Shown: positions 17,714-27,461 of the stretch, piece after piece
How the letters are laid out: each line of letters begins with the position of its first letter
Numbering within the stretch: the first letter of the stretch is position 1
Origin: a virus
Length of the DNA stretch: 64,000 nt
Reading direction: 5' to 3' (one strand)
Virus record (IMG/VR): IMGVR_UViG_3300049893_001984
Location: 96,001 to 160,000 of that record
Program-made: the position numbers and the translations under genes
Notes under the pieces: model-generated
Told to the model about the DNA's origin: nothing
Database searches by the model: none
What the model saw: the letters and a program-made list of their open reading frames with translations, nothing else

Positions 17714-18532
17714 CTAAGCAAGGAACGGTTTATTAATCAGGGAGCCTTCTGCTTGCGGTACCTGATCAAAGCCGTCACGTGCCAAAGATGTTGCAGTTTC
17801 AGCCACTACGTCTGCCACGGAGGTGTTTACTGGAAGTCTGCGCAACGCATCCAGCAGGTAGTAGGTTAGTGCTCCGTTAGGCCGATTGTTAAAGTAGGCA
17901 TCAGCACTTGTCTGATCTGACCGACACCCTGAGATGAAAGCACATTCCAGTTTGTTGGTTACGAAATCCTTCAGGTCGTTGCTTTTGACAATGGAAAGCT
18001 CGGACAACTTTTCATGGTCAAAGCCAATCTCCATAGGAATGTTCGGGTACGCTCGCGGCTTAACCTTATACTTTACAGCATGCGGATTAATGTCACGAGT
18101 CATTCCTCCTGAGTGGCAACTATCCGAAACCCAGAACAGCCGAACGCCGGGTGCAAACTGCTTAAACAGTTCTATAAGCTGCTTGTCCCGGATCATGTGT
18201 TCATCTGACCAGTCGAAGTCGACAGGGCAGATGACTTCATCCAGACCATCGGGCTCCAGATCGGGCGTGTAGGTCGGAGCGGGGGCACCGTGACCAGAGT
18301 ACCAGAACAGAACTACGTCTCCGCCTTTGGCCTTGCGCACCATACGCGGAAGACGTTCGTTAAGAATGTTCCGTGTAGTGGCCTTACTATCAGTGAGTGT
18401 AGCAAAATCCCAAGAGCTCCACCCTCTGTTTCTCTGTGCCCAGGATCGGGCATCAGCAATATCGTTCTTACAGCCAGACAAGGGAGCCCCAGGATAGGCG
18501 TTAATCCCTGTCAACGTTCCGTAATGGGCCAT
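17714..18532 (-). CDS. Caspase-family peptidase (C14, metacaspase/orthocaspase)
   Basis: GINAY, LSGCKND, YSGHG (His), SDSCHSG (Cys), SGCRSDQTSAD, GALTYYLL, QVPQ. Confidence 0.92.
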   Translation of the reverse strand: MAHYGTLTGINAYPGAPLSGCKNDIADARSWAQRNRGWSSWDFATLTDSKATTRNILNERLPRMVRKAKGGDVVLFWYSGHGAPAPTYTPDLEPDGLDEVICPVDFDWSDEHMIRDKQLIELFKQFAPGVRLFWVSDSCHSGGMTRDINPHAVKYKVKPRAYPNIPMEIGFDHEKLSELSIVKSNDLKDFVTNKLECAFISGCRSDQTSADAYFNNRPNGALTYYLLDALRRLPVNTSVADVVAETATSLARDGFDQVPQAEGSLINKPFLA

Positions 18533-18607
18533 CTCTATCTCCTCGAGGTTTAACCTCCACCTTCACCCCCGAAGAGTACGTCTGGTCCTTTTTATTTCAA
18601 ATGCATT

Positions 18608-20176
18608 TTACAGAATATGGCCCGTTCCGATTATTGACATAGAGATAAGCCTACCGGGAGCGAACCCCCTGTCCTCCAGTTCCTTTCTTGTTTCCTTTAC
18701 CTTGTTTGTCATATCGTCCTCATTGGCAACCTGTCTAACAACCACCAAGTTTTCCTTCTTTCCCGTGTGGTTGTTGTTTATCTGCGCTTCATACGTAAAC
18801 AGGACCAAGGTGTTGCCGGTTTCGTCCACAGGACCGTATGCGCCTATGTTGGGCGTAGACTTACGCTTAACAGCTTTTATGTTCTGATGCTTTTCATACT
18901 CAGAGTCCACAGGCTTATGTACAGACAAACCGAACGGACATCCTCGGTTTATGCACGGACTATCGTACGCAAGTTGGAACTTGCCTTCGATCGGGTTTAA
19001 AAACCCAGGATCCGTTCCACGGATGGAGGGTAGTGCTTCTTTTACAGCTCCGTTTCCTGGTGTGCAGATATCTCCAACATCTGTCCTTAGCCAGTTGGAG
19101 CGGGTTATTATTTCTCCGTGCTCCTCAAGCAAATACAGCTCTCCGCCGTAACCATGGAATATGTTATTGTGCACAGACCCAAACCCTTTGTAATGGGGGT
19201 TGATTGAAAGCAAGACCGTGCGGTTAGTGTTCATGGCAATAAAAGTATTGTTGTCTATGTACAGATTCTGTGCCCTGATCGTGTCCTCTTCGTCAAAATC
19301 TGAAGAGACTTTGATCATTGTGTTACTTAGCCTTTGTATCTGATGGGCTATAACGATATTTCCGTAAATGCCGTCAACATGGTACTTTACGCCTTTGAAT
19401 TCTGGACTTACAGCCGCGAGCTCAATTTGAGGGTCGCCGCCCTCGATCCAGTTGTAGCGCAAGGTCATGTTTGCCGACCTGTCCTGGATGTTGCTACCAC
19501 GTGCGTTTTCAATCAATGGTCCGTACCAATTTCCTTCGTACAACATGCCATCTACTTCGCATTGGCTGTTGTTCTGGTCGGATTCCTCTGCGACTCCATT
19601 GTTGTAGAAGCGGCAGTTCTTTATGGACATCTCCGATACTCTGTTCCACGTGACAAGCCCGTTTGCATTATTTGCAAATACGCAGCGTGACACATGGATG
19701 TTGTTGCCGGTTACAACGAACAACCCAGCGGCTTGTAAACTGTAGTTTCCAGGGTTGCTGTTGTTATCCAGAAACGTGTTGGTCGGGTGCGCCCCAGAGA
19801 ACTTTATGTTACGGATGTGGATATGCTGCGGTTGTTCTCCGCCGTTGAGTAAAGCTGACAGATTGCCAACCTGCACTATTGACTGTTCCTGCCACTCTAC
19901 TTCCGTACAAGCCACGGCGCCGTCTCCAAACAGCACCGGCATCTCCCCTTTCTCGGAGAGCACGCCCTCTATTACAATGGGCTTATCTGCGCTCCCTACC
20001 CCATACACATTGAACTTACAGTGGTAAGCGCCAGGTTCCAAGCGCACTACATCACCGGCCTGTAGGTTACTCCAAGGAACGCCCCCTATGGTTTGGGGTG
20101 AGACTTTATACTCAGTTGACACTGTACCCTCCATCCTGTCTTTCACCTGATTTCTTGCCCAGGTGCTCTTTCTCAA
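18608..20176 (-). CDS. Right-handed parallel beta-helix protein (pectin-lyase-like)
   Basis: LQAGDVVRLEPGAY start, repeated Asn-ladder strands (F.NN.NG, YNWIEG, GNI, NNTF, HNNIF), DPGF...L...SPCIN tail. Confidence 0.8.
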   Translation of the reverse strand: MRKSTWARNQVKDRMEGTVSTEYKVSPQTIGGVPWSNLQAGDVVRLEPGAYHCKFNVYGVGSADKPIVIEGVLSEKGEMPVLFGDGAVACTEVEWQEQSIVQVGNLSALLNGGEQPQHIHIRNIKFSGAHPTNTFLDNNSNPGNYSLQAAGLFVVTGNNIHVSRCVFANNANGLVTWNRVSEMSIKNCRFYNNGVAEESDQNNSQCEVDGMLYEGNWYGPLIENARGSNIQDRSANMTLRYNWIEGGDPQIELAAVSPEFKGVKYHVDGIYGNIVIAHQIQRLSNTMIKVSSDFDEEDTIRAQNLYIDNNTFIAMNTNRTVLLSINPHYKGFGSVHNNIFHGYGGELYLLEEHGEIITRSNWLRTDVGDICTPGNGAVKEALPSIRGTDPGFLNPIEGKFQLAYDSPCINRGCPFGLSVHKPVDSEYEKHQNIKAVKRKSTPNIGAYGPVDETGNTLVLFTYEAQINNNHTGKKENLVVVRQVANEDDMTNKVKETRKELEDRGFAPGRLISMSIIGTGHIL

Positions 20177-20816
20177 TCTGCTTAACCATTACCTCCAGGA
20201 GCTTAAGCTTCCCTGGGTTAATAATAAGTTCAAAGTCGTTCTTACTAATAATGCTATGGTCTGCGTTTACCTGCTTCAGTATGTTGGTTGCTGCGAAGGC
20301 CTTGACTAGATAGTAAAACGGAAAGTCTGAATTGGCGCTTGTCTCAACCATTTTGACACTTAAGGGCTTAACCAGTTCAGTTTCTTCCTTTCCAGTGCAA
20401 AGGTCCATAATGATTACACTACGTGCTACCTCTTTCAAAAAGCATACATCCATGACGAGCTTCTTTTCGTTGTTGTTGTTAACGCCAAGATGATACTTTG
20501 TTTTGTTGTTGTTATCGGTGCTAACAAGAGCTTCGGTTAAAAAGCAGAACGAGCTTGGGTAAACACTTGTCCTTGCCCCAATATTGTATCCTATCTCCGC
20601 CATTTCAACCTTCTGTTGCTCTTCTGTCATACTTTTAAAATTGTGCAATGATATTCCTGTCACACCTATGTGTTCACCTCCTTCATCCAGGGCTAAAGGA
20701 TACATAACCGTGGGCATAAGTCTTTTCCCGTCAGACTCTTCGATGAGCCTTGTCATGCTTTCCTTGAACACGTACATGTCTGCCACCATTGACGCCGAGA
20801 GTGGTGCATTAAGCAT
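20112..20816 (-). CDS. Hypothetical protein
   Basis: 234-aa ORF. Confidence 0.55.
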   Translation of the reverse strand: MLNAPLSASMVADMYVFKESMTRLIEESDGKRLMPTVMYPLALDEGGEHIGVTGISLHNFKSMTEEQQKVEMAEIGYNIGARTSVYPSSFCFLTEALVSTDNNNKTKYHLGVNNNNEKKLVMDVCFLKEVARSVIIMDLCTGKEETELVKPLSVKMVETSANSDFPFYYLVKAFAATNILKQVNADHSIISKNDFELIINPGKLKLLEVMVKQIEKEHLGKKSGERQDGGYSVN

Positions 20817-20828
20817 TATTGGCCCCCT

Positions 20829-20865
20829 AAAAAGACAGGCGCCCCGCTGTTAACAGGGCGCCTGT
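20829..20865 (-). terminator. Rho-independent terminator
   Basis: ACAGGCGCCC / GGGCGCCTGT stem, T-run on minus strand. Confidence 0.7.
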
Positions 20866-20869
20866 GACT

Positions 20870-21019
20870 TTACTTCTTCTTTGCCTTTCGCCACCTTTTC
20901 ACTTTTGTAATCGCCTTATCAGCGACTGCAGTCGTGGCTTCGACTGCAACTCTCGTTGCGGCATCACGAAGAGCAATTACTAAAGCTCCGACAACCGCCT
21001 TTCCAGCGGCTTTCCACAC
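20870..21019 (-). CDS. Small basic protein (49 aa) below ORF-track cutoff
   Basis: GTG immediately after the upstream TAG; VWKAAGKAVVGALVIALRDAATRVAVEATTAVADKAITKVKRWRKAKKK; fills the gap to the terminator. Confidence 0.55.
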   Translation of the reverse strand: MWKAAGKAVVGALVIALRDAATRVAVEATTAVADKAITKVKRWRKAKKK

Positions 21020-21403
21020 CTACCGCTGCTCGACTGGTAACTGTGGGCGGCGGGTTGCCCGGTACACAGTCAACCCTTCGAACTGATTGAAGTGTTGGGC
21101 AAACTTAGTCCACTCGTTGACATCGGTGGTCAACGCCCGATGCCGCAGTGCTGAAGCGTTGACCTTCATTATCTTTCGGTCCTCACCTTCACCGTCTTCC
21201 AACCCGAGGAAGTCGTGACGGGAAGGCATGGTTGTAACGACCAAGGAATCAATCACCTTGACCGCTGTATTTGCCTGCGACATGTCCTTACATTGTAAGG
21301 CTTCACGCAAGACGATTGTCGCCTCGTCGTCCTGCTTGACGTCGAAGTCTTTGAAGTAATCATCGAACTGTGGTTTGTTCATCTGGCTCTCCTCTTTTGA
21401 CAA
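21020..21403 (-). CDS. Hypothetical protein
   Basis: ORF in run. Confidence 0.55.
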   Translation of the reverse strand: MSKEESQMNKPQFDDYFKDFDVKQDDEATIVLREALQCKDMSQANTAVKVIDSLVVTTMPSRHDFLGLEDGEGEDRKIMKVNASALRHRALTTDVNEWTKFAQHFNQFEGLTVYRATRRPQLPVEQR

Positions 21404-21470
21404 CTGAATTCACGCGAATCCAGAGTTTAACACGGCGTAGCCACACGGGCTACTTACAAGACTTCGGTGT

Positions 21471-21728
21471 TCACCTGAGTACGTGGGTCTCTGAATGGAA
21501 CGAGACGCGGGTTGTGACGATTCCGTTTTGCTTCTGTAGGTATTCGTCATAAGCCGCTGGGGAGAACCCAGGTGCGTATATCCACTGATTAGGACTGACG
21601 AATATTCGGCCCCACTTATCGTGCAGGGGGGCCTCTGGTGTGACTTCTGGTTTGACTTCGCGCTTACCATCCTCCGCGTAGCAGAAGCTGCCTACAAGAA
21701 GTAGTGCGCTTAATCCAACAATCCGCAT
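21471..21728 (-). CDS. Putative secreted small protein
   Basis: Signal-peptide-like MRIVGLSALLLVGSFCYA; SD GAGGAGG. Confidence 0.6.
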   Translation of the reverse strand: MRIVGLSALLLVGSFCYAEDGKREVKPEVTPEAPLHDKWGRIFVSPNQWIYAPGFSPAAYDEYLQKQNGIVTTRVSFHSETHVLR

Positions 21729-21740
21729 TCTTCCTCCTCA

Positions 21741-22052
21741 TCACGAACCAAGTTCCTTCTCCACTCTGTTTTGCAAATCCACGAGACACTTTACAGCTGC
21801 GTTAATCATGACGGGTATCTTATCCTCTGTGCTGCATACCCGTATCTTAACGCTATTGTAAGACTTTTTGTTCTCTAGATAAGCAAAAACATTGACTTTA
21901 CCTTGCAAACGAACATCACCACTTTCAACATTCTTGCTAACGCTTACCATGACATTCCTGTCGCCCGGAAGCTTGACTTTGAAAAATGCGTCAGATCCAG
22001 TCTTCCTGTGCTCTTCCGGGTCCAGCCTTTCAATCTCATACGTCATGTTCAC
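21741..22052 (-). CDS. Hypothetical protein
   Basis: ORF with SD. Confidence 0.55.
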   Translation of the reverse strand: MNMTYEIERLDPEEHRKTGSDAFFKVKLPGDRNVMVSVSKNVESGDVRLQGKVNVFAYLENKKSYNSVKIRVCSTEDKIPVMINAAVKCLVDLQNRVEKELGS

Positions 22053-22470
22053 TCCCCAAAAGCTGAACTACCCAGGCTACGCTTTCTTCTGGGTCAGCTT
22101 CGTATCGCCAACTCCTTCCTGGGTAGTAAGTTAGGTTATCACATTCAACTCCTCCCTCAAACCCCAACAAGCTTGCTAGTGTGAAAACAATTGTTGGGTT
22201 TGGAACCTTCCCAGGTACAGGCGTTCTAACTGTTATGCATCTAAACAGTTCGCCGGGGTATCCCTTTTTAATGTAGTAAGATACTCTGTACCCATTTATA
22301 TGAAGAGCGTACTCTTCACATTCATCGGGAGAGAACCTAGAAACATAGGGGTCGTATAGGGCGGCTGGGTCATTTGCAAACCTAGCTAGATTTTCCAGCG
22401 CCTGTCTAGCCCCCTTGTCTATTATCAGGTTTGTTGACATGCGAAGCCTTTTGTATGTACCTATCTCCAT
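22036..22470 (-). CDS. Hypothetical protein
   Basis: ORF in run; true start may be MSTNL. Confidence 0.55.
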   Translation of the reverse strand: MEIGTYKRLRMSTNLIIDKGARQALENLARFANDPAALYDPYVSRFSPDECEEYALHINGYRVSYYIKKGYPGELFRCITVRTPVPGKVPNPTIVFTLASLLGFEGGVECDNLTYYPGRSWRYEADPEESVAWVVQLLGSEHDV

Positions 22471-22834
22471 TTTCCTCTGTTAACTTATATATTTCCCCTG
22501 ACCTGACATGAAGAAGAAGCCCATCGCCTTCGTCTTGCCACCGCCATCCTAGATATTGGTTTATTACGATGTTACGCCCTTCCTTCATTTGGCCAGTGTC
22601 TAGAACGTAAAACTCAACAACCTTTACCTTGGCACCAGATCCGAGCTCATGGTTAGGGTAAGAATACATACGCGGCGGTGGGTGTTTCAACGGCTCGTTG
22701 CCTAGCAGCATCCACCGTAGCAAGGCCGAGTGTGTGATGTCTGCGGCTGTCGGTTCTCTGCCTGTCTCTTTTGTAAAAATTATTTTCCAGGCTGAGAACG
22801 TGTGGATGGCAAAAACGAGGTCTTCATTATTCAT
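22406..22834 (-). CDS. Hypothetical protein
   Basis: ATGA overlap with upstream gene. Confidence 0.55.
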   Translation of the reverse strand: MNNEDLVFAIHTFSAWKIIFTKETGREPTAADITHSALLRWMLLGNEPLKHPPPRMYSYPNHELGSGAKVKVVEFYVLDTGQMKEGRNIVINQYLGWRWQDEGDGLLLHVRSGEIYKLTEENGDRYIQKASHVNKPDNRQGG

Positions 22835-23700
22835 GTTGACAGAAGATTCCTTAGAAAGGTTCTTGATGCAGTGGTCTTCTCTTTTTCTATGTAGCTAAGC
22901 ATGATGTCAAACAAATGCTTAAGCGCCTTTACGTCAACCTTTGCGGAATCAAACCTTCCATAATGAAGTGCTACGTTTAAAAACTTAGTTATATGCTTAC
23001 CTAAATCTGTACGAGGGTTGACGCTGTTTAGCGTCTTGTTACCATATTCATTACCACCCGTCTTTACTACAAACGCACATGTGTGCGGGTACCATTCCAT
23101 ATTAATTCTCTTGTACGTAGTTCTGTTCTGTTCTATTCCACGCACGGCTATACTTAAGCACCCCTCACTTTCGTGTGTACTTATAATAAATCCATTTGCG
23201 TAGTTTGCGACTATACGTGCTAAGTCACTTATTGATTGAACCTCCGGTTCTGCCGCTGTAGCCGCAGGAGCTTCGATCTCCGTTTTAGCCTTCGGCTTTT
23301 GGTCAACCCCGTTATCCACAAGGGTTTCCAGGTTATTGAAATGCTGCACTAGAGCACGGACAGTGGGCGACAGTTGCTCTTCTGGCATCGCCTGTAGCTT
23401 TTTAATGAAGCTGACGAACCGTGGGTTGACCACAAAAGGGTTGCCCCCGTTATGTTCAACATTTACAAACAGGTCCATCAGGTCGTTGACGGGCTCCACG
23501 TAGTCTAGAAACCTATCAAAATTTAGCTGTGATGCAATTTCTCGCATGAACGTTCTCGCAAAAACGCTGGCAAGAACGTCCTCCACTTTGGAAGAAAACC
23601 GGTGTACGTGTTTTTCGGGTGTTTGAACTTCTTCCACGACTTTCTTCGCTAATTTCTTCTTCAACTTAGCTTTACTTTTGCAGCTCATTATTCCTCCCAA
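22831..23700 (-). CDS. Hypothetical protein
   Basis: 289-aa ORF, SD GGAGG. Confidence 0.6.
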   Translation of the reverse strand: MGGIMSCKSKAKLKKKLAKKVVEEVQTPEKHVHRFSSKVEDVLASVFARTFMREIASQLNFDRFLDYVEPVNDLMDLFVNVEHNGGNPFVVNPRFVSFIKKLQAMPEEQLSPTVRALVQHFNNLETLVDNGVDQKPKAKTEIEAPAATAAEPEVQSISDLARIVANYANGFIISTHESEGCLSIAVRGIEQNRTTYKRINMEWYPHTCAFVVKTGGNEYGNKTLNSVNPRTDLGKHITKFLNVALHYGRFDSAKVDVKALKHLFDIMLSYIEKEKTTASRTFLRNLLST

Positions 23701-23707
23701 GGTGTGC

Positions 23708-24418
23708 CTACTGGCTGTTAATTAAATCCTGTAGCTGCTTATGAAGAAGTGATGTTTCCACTTTCTTACCACAGGTACCACACGTTGGTACTGTTGCCCT
23801 CTTCAACTCGTACTTCACGCCATTTAGGACGGTGCTGAAGTCTTCAACAACTTTATTAACAGTTTTTGTAGCGCAGGCCACGCAGGTCCATGGCATAGGC
23901 TTTAGTGCCACCCCGTCCCTATCAGGGCTGTACTCACGGCTAATAATCTTTATTTCTTCCTTAGGCGCTGCGACAGCGCCTAACTCCGCCGCAGGCCTCT
24001 CTACTACACAAGCTTTAGCCTTTTTTACGGGGATATCACGCACAGAACGTGCAAGGGCCATACGCATGTAGCTCTGCAGTGACTTATCGTCGTGAACACC
24101 ATGAGCCTTAAGCATAGTGAACAAGGGGTACTTACCTTTTCTACTTACTGCCTTAAGAACGTGAAGACATCCGTAAAGCCTTGACACCTCTTTCTTTAAC
24201 CCCTTGTACGTTCTCCAAAGAGGGTGTCCAGGTCTGATACCTCTAACCAAGGTCGGAACTGTCTCTCGTAGAGCGATCGACCTTGTGACCTCTACTGGGA
24301 AAACTACTTTGTGCTTCCCAGTTACAGCAATTGAAGACGTGGCGGCTATGCGCTTAATCCAGTATATAGCCGTGCATGTCGTTGCTATGGCTTTACGGAT
24401 GTCTTCCTCTGATTTCAT
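23708..24418 (-). CDS. Hypothetical protein with C-terminal YgiT/MqsA-type zinc finger
   Basis: CVAC...V...TCGTCG; HPLW motif shared with 28103..28597. Confidence 0.6.
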   Translation of the reverse strand: MKSEEDIRKAIATTCTAIYWIKRIAATSSIAVTGKHKVVFPVEVTRSIALRETVPTLVRGIRPGHPLWRTYKGLKKEVSRLYGCLHVLKAVSRKGKYPLFTMLKAHGVHDDKSLQSYMRMALARSVRDIPVKKAKACVVERPAAELGAVAAPKEEIKIISREYSPDRDGVALKPMPWTCVACATKTVNKVVEDFSTVLNGVKYELKRATVPTCGTCGKKVETSLLHKQLQDLINSQ

Positions 24419-24421
24419 GGT

Positions 24422-24697
24422 CTATTCCTTTACCACCAAGTTCCTGAGTTCAACGTAAGGTATTCGCGCAAGTATCACGCGGTCGTCCACCAAGTGTATA
24501 TTGGTATGTTCGAACTCGGCCTCATCCACCGCTTCAAGCCCTTCGGCCTCCAGTTCTTCTTCGACATCTTCATTGTCGTCTGGTGGATCTTTGACGATTT
24601 CCTCAATGCTAATTATTGCTGATATGTCAATCAGCTTGAGGCTGGTGCTTGCGTCGTACTCAGTCTCCACACAGGGGACTTGTATAAAACGTGGCAT
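24422..24697 (-). CDS. Hypothetical acidic protein
   Basis: SD GGAGG. Confidence 0.55.
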   Translation of the reverse strand: MPRFIQVPCVETEYDASTSLKLIDISAIISIEEIVKDPPDDNEDVEEELEAEGLEAVDEAEFEHTNIHLVDDRVILARIPYVELRNLVVKE

Positions 24698-24708
24698 TGC
24701 GTGGCCTC

Positions 24709-24960
24709 CTAAAATTTGTTTTTGCCCCGTGGTTGCCTGCCTAAGGCAAATCCCTCTAACTGGGTTGGCGGTTTGTAGAAGTAGATGGCTCTTTTACCTT
24801 CTGGCGTACGGCTTGGCGGTGGCAATTTTTCTCCACACTCTTTGAGCCTTTCTACCGCCATTTTGTGCTGCAAAAGATCTTCCTCTTGTCTGACTGTGAG
24901 ATCTTCTTTTCGTGCTTTTGACGACATTACACTTCCTCCTTTAGTGTATTGATGACACAA
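24709..24960 (-). CDS. Hypothetical protein
   Basis: ORF in run. Confidence 0.5.
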   Translation of the reverse strand: MCHQYTKGGSVMSSKARKEDLTVRQEEDLLQHKMAVERLKECGEKLPPPSRTPEGKRAIYFYKPPTQLEGFALGRQPRGKNKF

Positions 24961-25345
24961 CTACCCACTCGGATGGAGCAGACAAACAGAAAGTAACAGT
25001 GTCGTGGTGGTCCCAGCGGCCAGCTGGAAAAAGCAGGGCGCACTCAGCTACTGCCTTAAGCTTTTCTTTATCTGTGGAGGCATGGTCGATGACCATAATC
25101 TCGCCTTTATTCTCTCTATTTACTCTCCACCTAACACCGAGTGACCCTCGTATGTCAGTCAGTAGAGGAATAAAGTGCAATCTTGCCTGCGAAGGTGCAC
25201 CTGCGTCGGTCATGCATTTCTTTATTCGCCCCTTAAGTTCCAGAATGTCTTTACCGTCCTTGAACAAACACAGATCAACAGCCAAGGACGCTGCAATGGA
25301 CATTGGGCCGTGGATTAGGGGGTGGCTTATATTTCCAGAGGTCAT
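24941..25345 (-). CDS. Hypothetical protein
   Basis: ORF with SD. Confidence 0.55.
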   Translation of the reverse strand: MTSGNISHPLIHGPMSIAASLAVDLCLFKDGKDILELKGRIKKCMTDAGAPSQARLHFIPLLTDIRGSLGVRWRVNRENKGEIMVIDHASTDKEKLKAVAECALLFPAGRWDHHDTVTFCLSAPSEWVVVSSIH

Positions 25346-25356
25346 GTTTGTTTCCT

Positions 25357-26037
25357 TTATTTCACACCATCCTTTCTCATTGCCTTATCTACCATTTGCA
25401 TATCCGCCTCTAGTTTCTTTAACCCTTTGTCGTACCAGTGTCTTTGGTGTTTGGAGTATTTATCAAGGTTGCCTAAATACTCTTCCACGTACTCATACAC
25501 ACCGTCAAGGGTAGCCTCTCCATCAGCGTAACCCAGGTTATAACACTTGCTTGCCTGTATAATATTCTTCGAGGTTAACAGGTCGAACTCCGGGTCGTAA
25601 GGACACTCCGGAGAACTTGAATCTGTTAAGAGCTTGTCATAGTTTTGGTAGGATACAATGGCGATAGCCATCAGCTCTTGTACTACCGGAGCTGTGGTTA
25701 CGCTTTTTAACCTTGTCTCGTCTATAACTGGTTTTTTGATTCTAGGCGGTATAAGAGAGCACATCTCTCGGCCGCTAATCAATGTGTAGTAACACCTCGA
25801 CCAAGCCCTCCATTTTCTGACATCTTCTATTACCACCTCGGGAGTTCTTGCGGACAAAAACCCAACCTCTACCTTATGTTTAAAATACTCTTTATTTATC
25901 CTTTCAACCCTGAGCGATCGCTGACTAAACAGCGTTTTCTTGCCTGTACTTCTTAACAACTCCGCAGACGCTCTCGCCACCAGCTCTAGAATGGCTAATC
26001 TGCTTAGTCTGGATGTTGCAGCTCGGTTGTGAAGCAT
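25357..26037 (-). CDS. Hypothetical protein
   Basis: 226-aa ORF, SD GGAGGAG. Confidence 0.6.
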   Translation of the reverse strand: MLHNRAATSRLSRLAILELVARASAELLRSTGKKTLFSQRSLRVERINKEYFKHKVEVGFLSARTPEVVIEDVRKWRAWSRCYYTLISGREMCSLIPPRIKKPVIDETRLKSVTTAPVVQELMAIAIVSYQNYDKLLTDSSSPECPYDPEFDLLTSKNIIQASKCYNLGYADGEATLDGVYEYVEEYLGNLDKYSKHQRHWYDKGLKKLEADMQMVDKAMRKDGVK

Positions 26038-26452
26038 GGTTTTTGACTCCTCCTTTCTTTAATTCTAAATATCTCCTATCTACATATTGAAGAGCACGCA
26101 TGCGTAACAACTTTATTGTGTCTGAGCAACACAGGAGCAACGAATTGTAATCGTTGGTTAACTGTATCTGTTGCCGCCTTTCTGGTGGCATAACAAACGG
26201 TCTGTACATATACAAAAATTCCTTAAGGCAATATTCTATTCTTTCAACATCTTCCTCGAGACTTTCAACATCGAAATCTAGAAGTTTAATAGTTTTAGGG
26301 CGACGCAATACTTTGGAAATCAAGAACATGTGTCTCATTAACTCATTGGCAGTTGCTGCTAATATTTTATTAGCTGTTTGGATTGTCATCTCGCCACCCT
26401 TACTGCCCTTACAACCCCGTATCTCTACCGCCATCGCTACACCCCCTCCCAT
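25925..26452 (-). CDS. Hypothetical protein
   Basis: Helical ORF in run. Confidence 0.55.
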   Translation of the reverse strand: MGGGVAMAVEIRGCKGSKGGEMTIQTANKILAATANELMRHMFLISKVLRRPKTIKLLDFDVESLEEDVERIEYCLKEFLYMYRPFVMPPERRQQIQLTNDYNSLLLCCSDTIKLLRMRALQYVDRRYLELKKGGVKNHASQPSCNIQTKQISHSRAGGESVCGVVKKYRQENAV

Positions 26453-26520
26453 CCTCGCTTAGACTAAAAGTCTAACTCGGTTGTGTACCACAAACTTAAC
26501 GATTGCTCTTTGCTTTAGAA

Positions 26521-26556
26521 AGCAGGGTTGGCGGCCGGTATGCTGCCAACCCTGCT
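26521..26556 (-). terminator. Stem-loop, probable terminator
   Basis: AGCAGGGTTGGC...GCCAACCCTGCT 12-bp stem followed by TTTCT on minus strand. Confidence 0.65.
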
Positions 26557-26589
26557 TCATAGGCAGCAGACCTAGCCATGTTTACCCCA

Positions 26590-26823
26590 TCATCCCCGGA
26601 CGAGTTTCTTCCAGAACGCACCATTAGGAGCGTAGACTTGCTCGAACAGCGACAGATCCACAAGACATTGCGGGATTGACACCGACATCGTCCCGTCTTC
26701 CTTAACCGTTACAAACAAGTGTGCCCTTGAGTTGCGAGGCAGAACCTCGTAGGTTCCTGGGGCGAGTTTACTCACGTCTACTGGACGATGAGTTTGACCT
26801 CGCCCTGCTTTCCGTCTATCCAT
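26590..26823 (-). CDS. Hypothetical protein
   Basis: Start at second MDRRK behind GGAGG. Confidence 0.55.
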   Translation of the reverse strand: MDRRKAGRGQTHRPVDVSKLAPGTYEVLPRNSRAHLFVTVKEDGTMSVSIPQCLVDLSLFEQVYAPNGAFWKKLVRG

Positions 26824-26831
26824 GTTTCCTC

Positions 26832-27461
26832 CTAACGCCGTCTCGTAGCATTTGCCGCTCGAGATGGTGTTTTTACCTTTCTGACCGTCTTCTTTGCGGT
26901 CCACTTTACCTTTTTGTCTTTAGCTGCTCTGAGCTTCTTTAGCTCAACCTCCATCAGCTGTAACGTATTCTTCAAATCCTTCTCTGGATCAGTCGCCATC
27001 AGGCTAATCAATAGGTCTGCATTTCTAGCGCTGGTGGTTCCCACTATCGGTATTACGTCGTCTTCAATAGCCACATTACCGTGGTTATATCGGGCATAAT
27101 TAACAGCCTTTTCTTTATTTAATGCTCCCGGAGCTACGCATAATAAACGCGCAGTTAAACCTGAAAAGATAAGGGTGACTGTCTCCCCGTTTCTTGATTC
27201 TTGCTTCATCTTCTGCACATCCATAAGGGATTGCCTGAACTCACTTAGAAACCGGGCGTCGATGAGGTCGGGGTTGTATCCGAATGTTGAACTAATTTCC
27301 TGGTATAGTTTTCTGTACTTATTATATAAAATACACAGGCAGGCAGACATAGTTTTATCTATGTCTGCCGTCATCGTAGCTCTGCTATAGTTGTTCGACA
27401 CTTGCACCTCCCTTCTTCGGCTGGCTACCAAAGACCACTTTCCTTTAGTAGACTCTCCCAC
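26832..27461 (-). CDS. Hypothetical protein with basic C-terminus
   Basis: ORF in run. Confidence 0.55.
   Translation of the reverse strand: MGESTKGKWSLVASRRREVQVSNNYSRATMTADIDKTMSACLCILYNKYRKLYQEISSTFGYNPDLIDARFLSEFRQSLMDVQKMKQESRNGETVTLIFSGLTARLLCVAPGALNKEKAVNYARYNHGNVAIEDDVIPIVGTTSARNADLLISLMATDPEKDLKNTLQLMEVELKKLRAAKDKKVKWTAKKTVRKVKTPSRAANATRRR

Noticed and set aside
22406-22420. Another ORF ending in GG (RQGG)
   Set aside because: Tail overlaps the next gene's initiation region; no Ubl-like size or pattern
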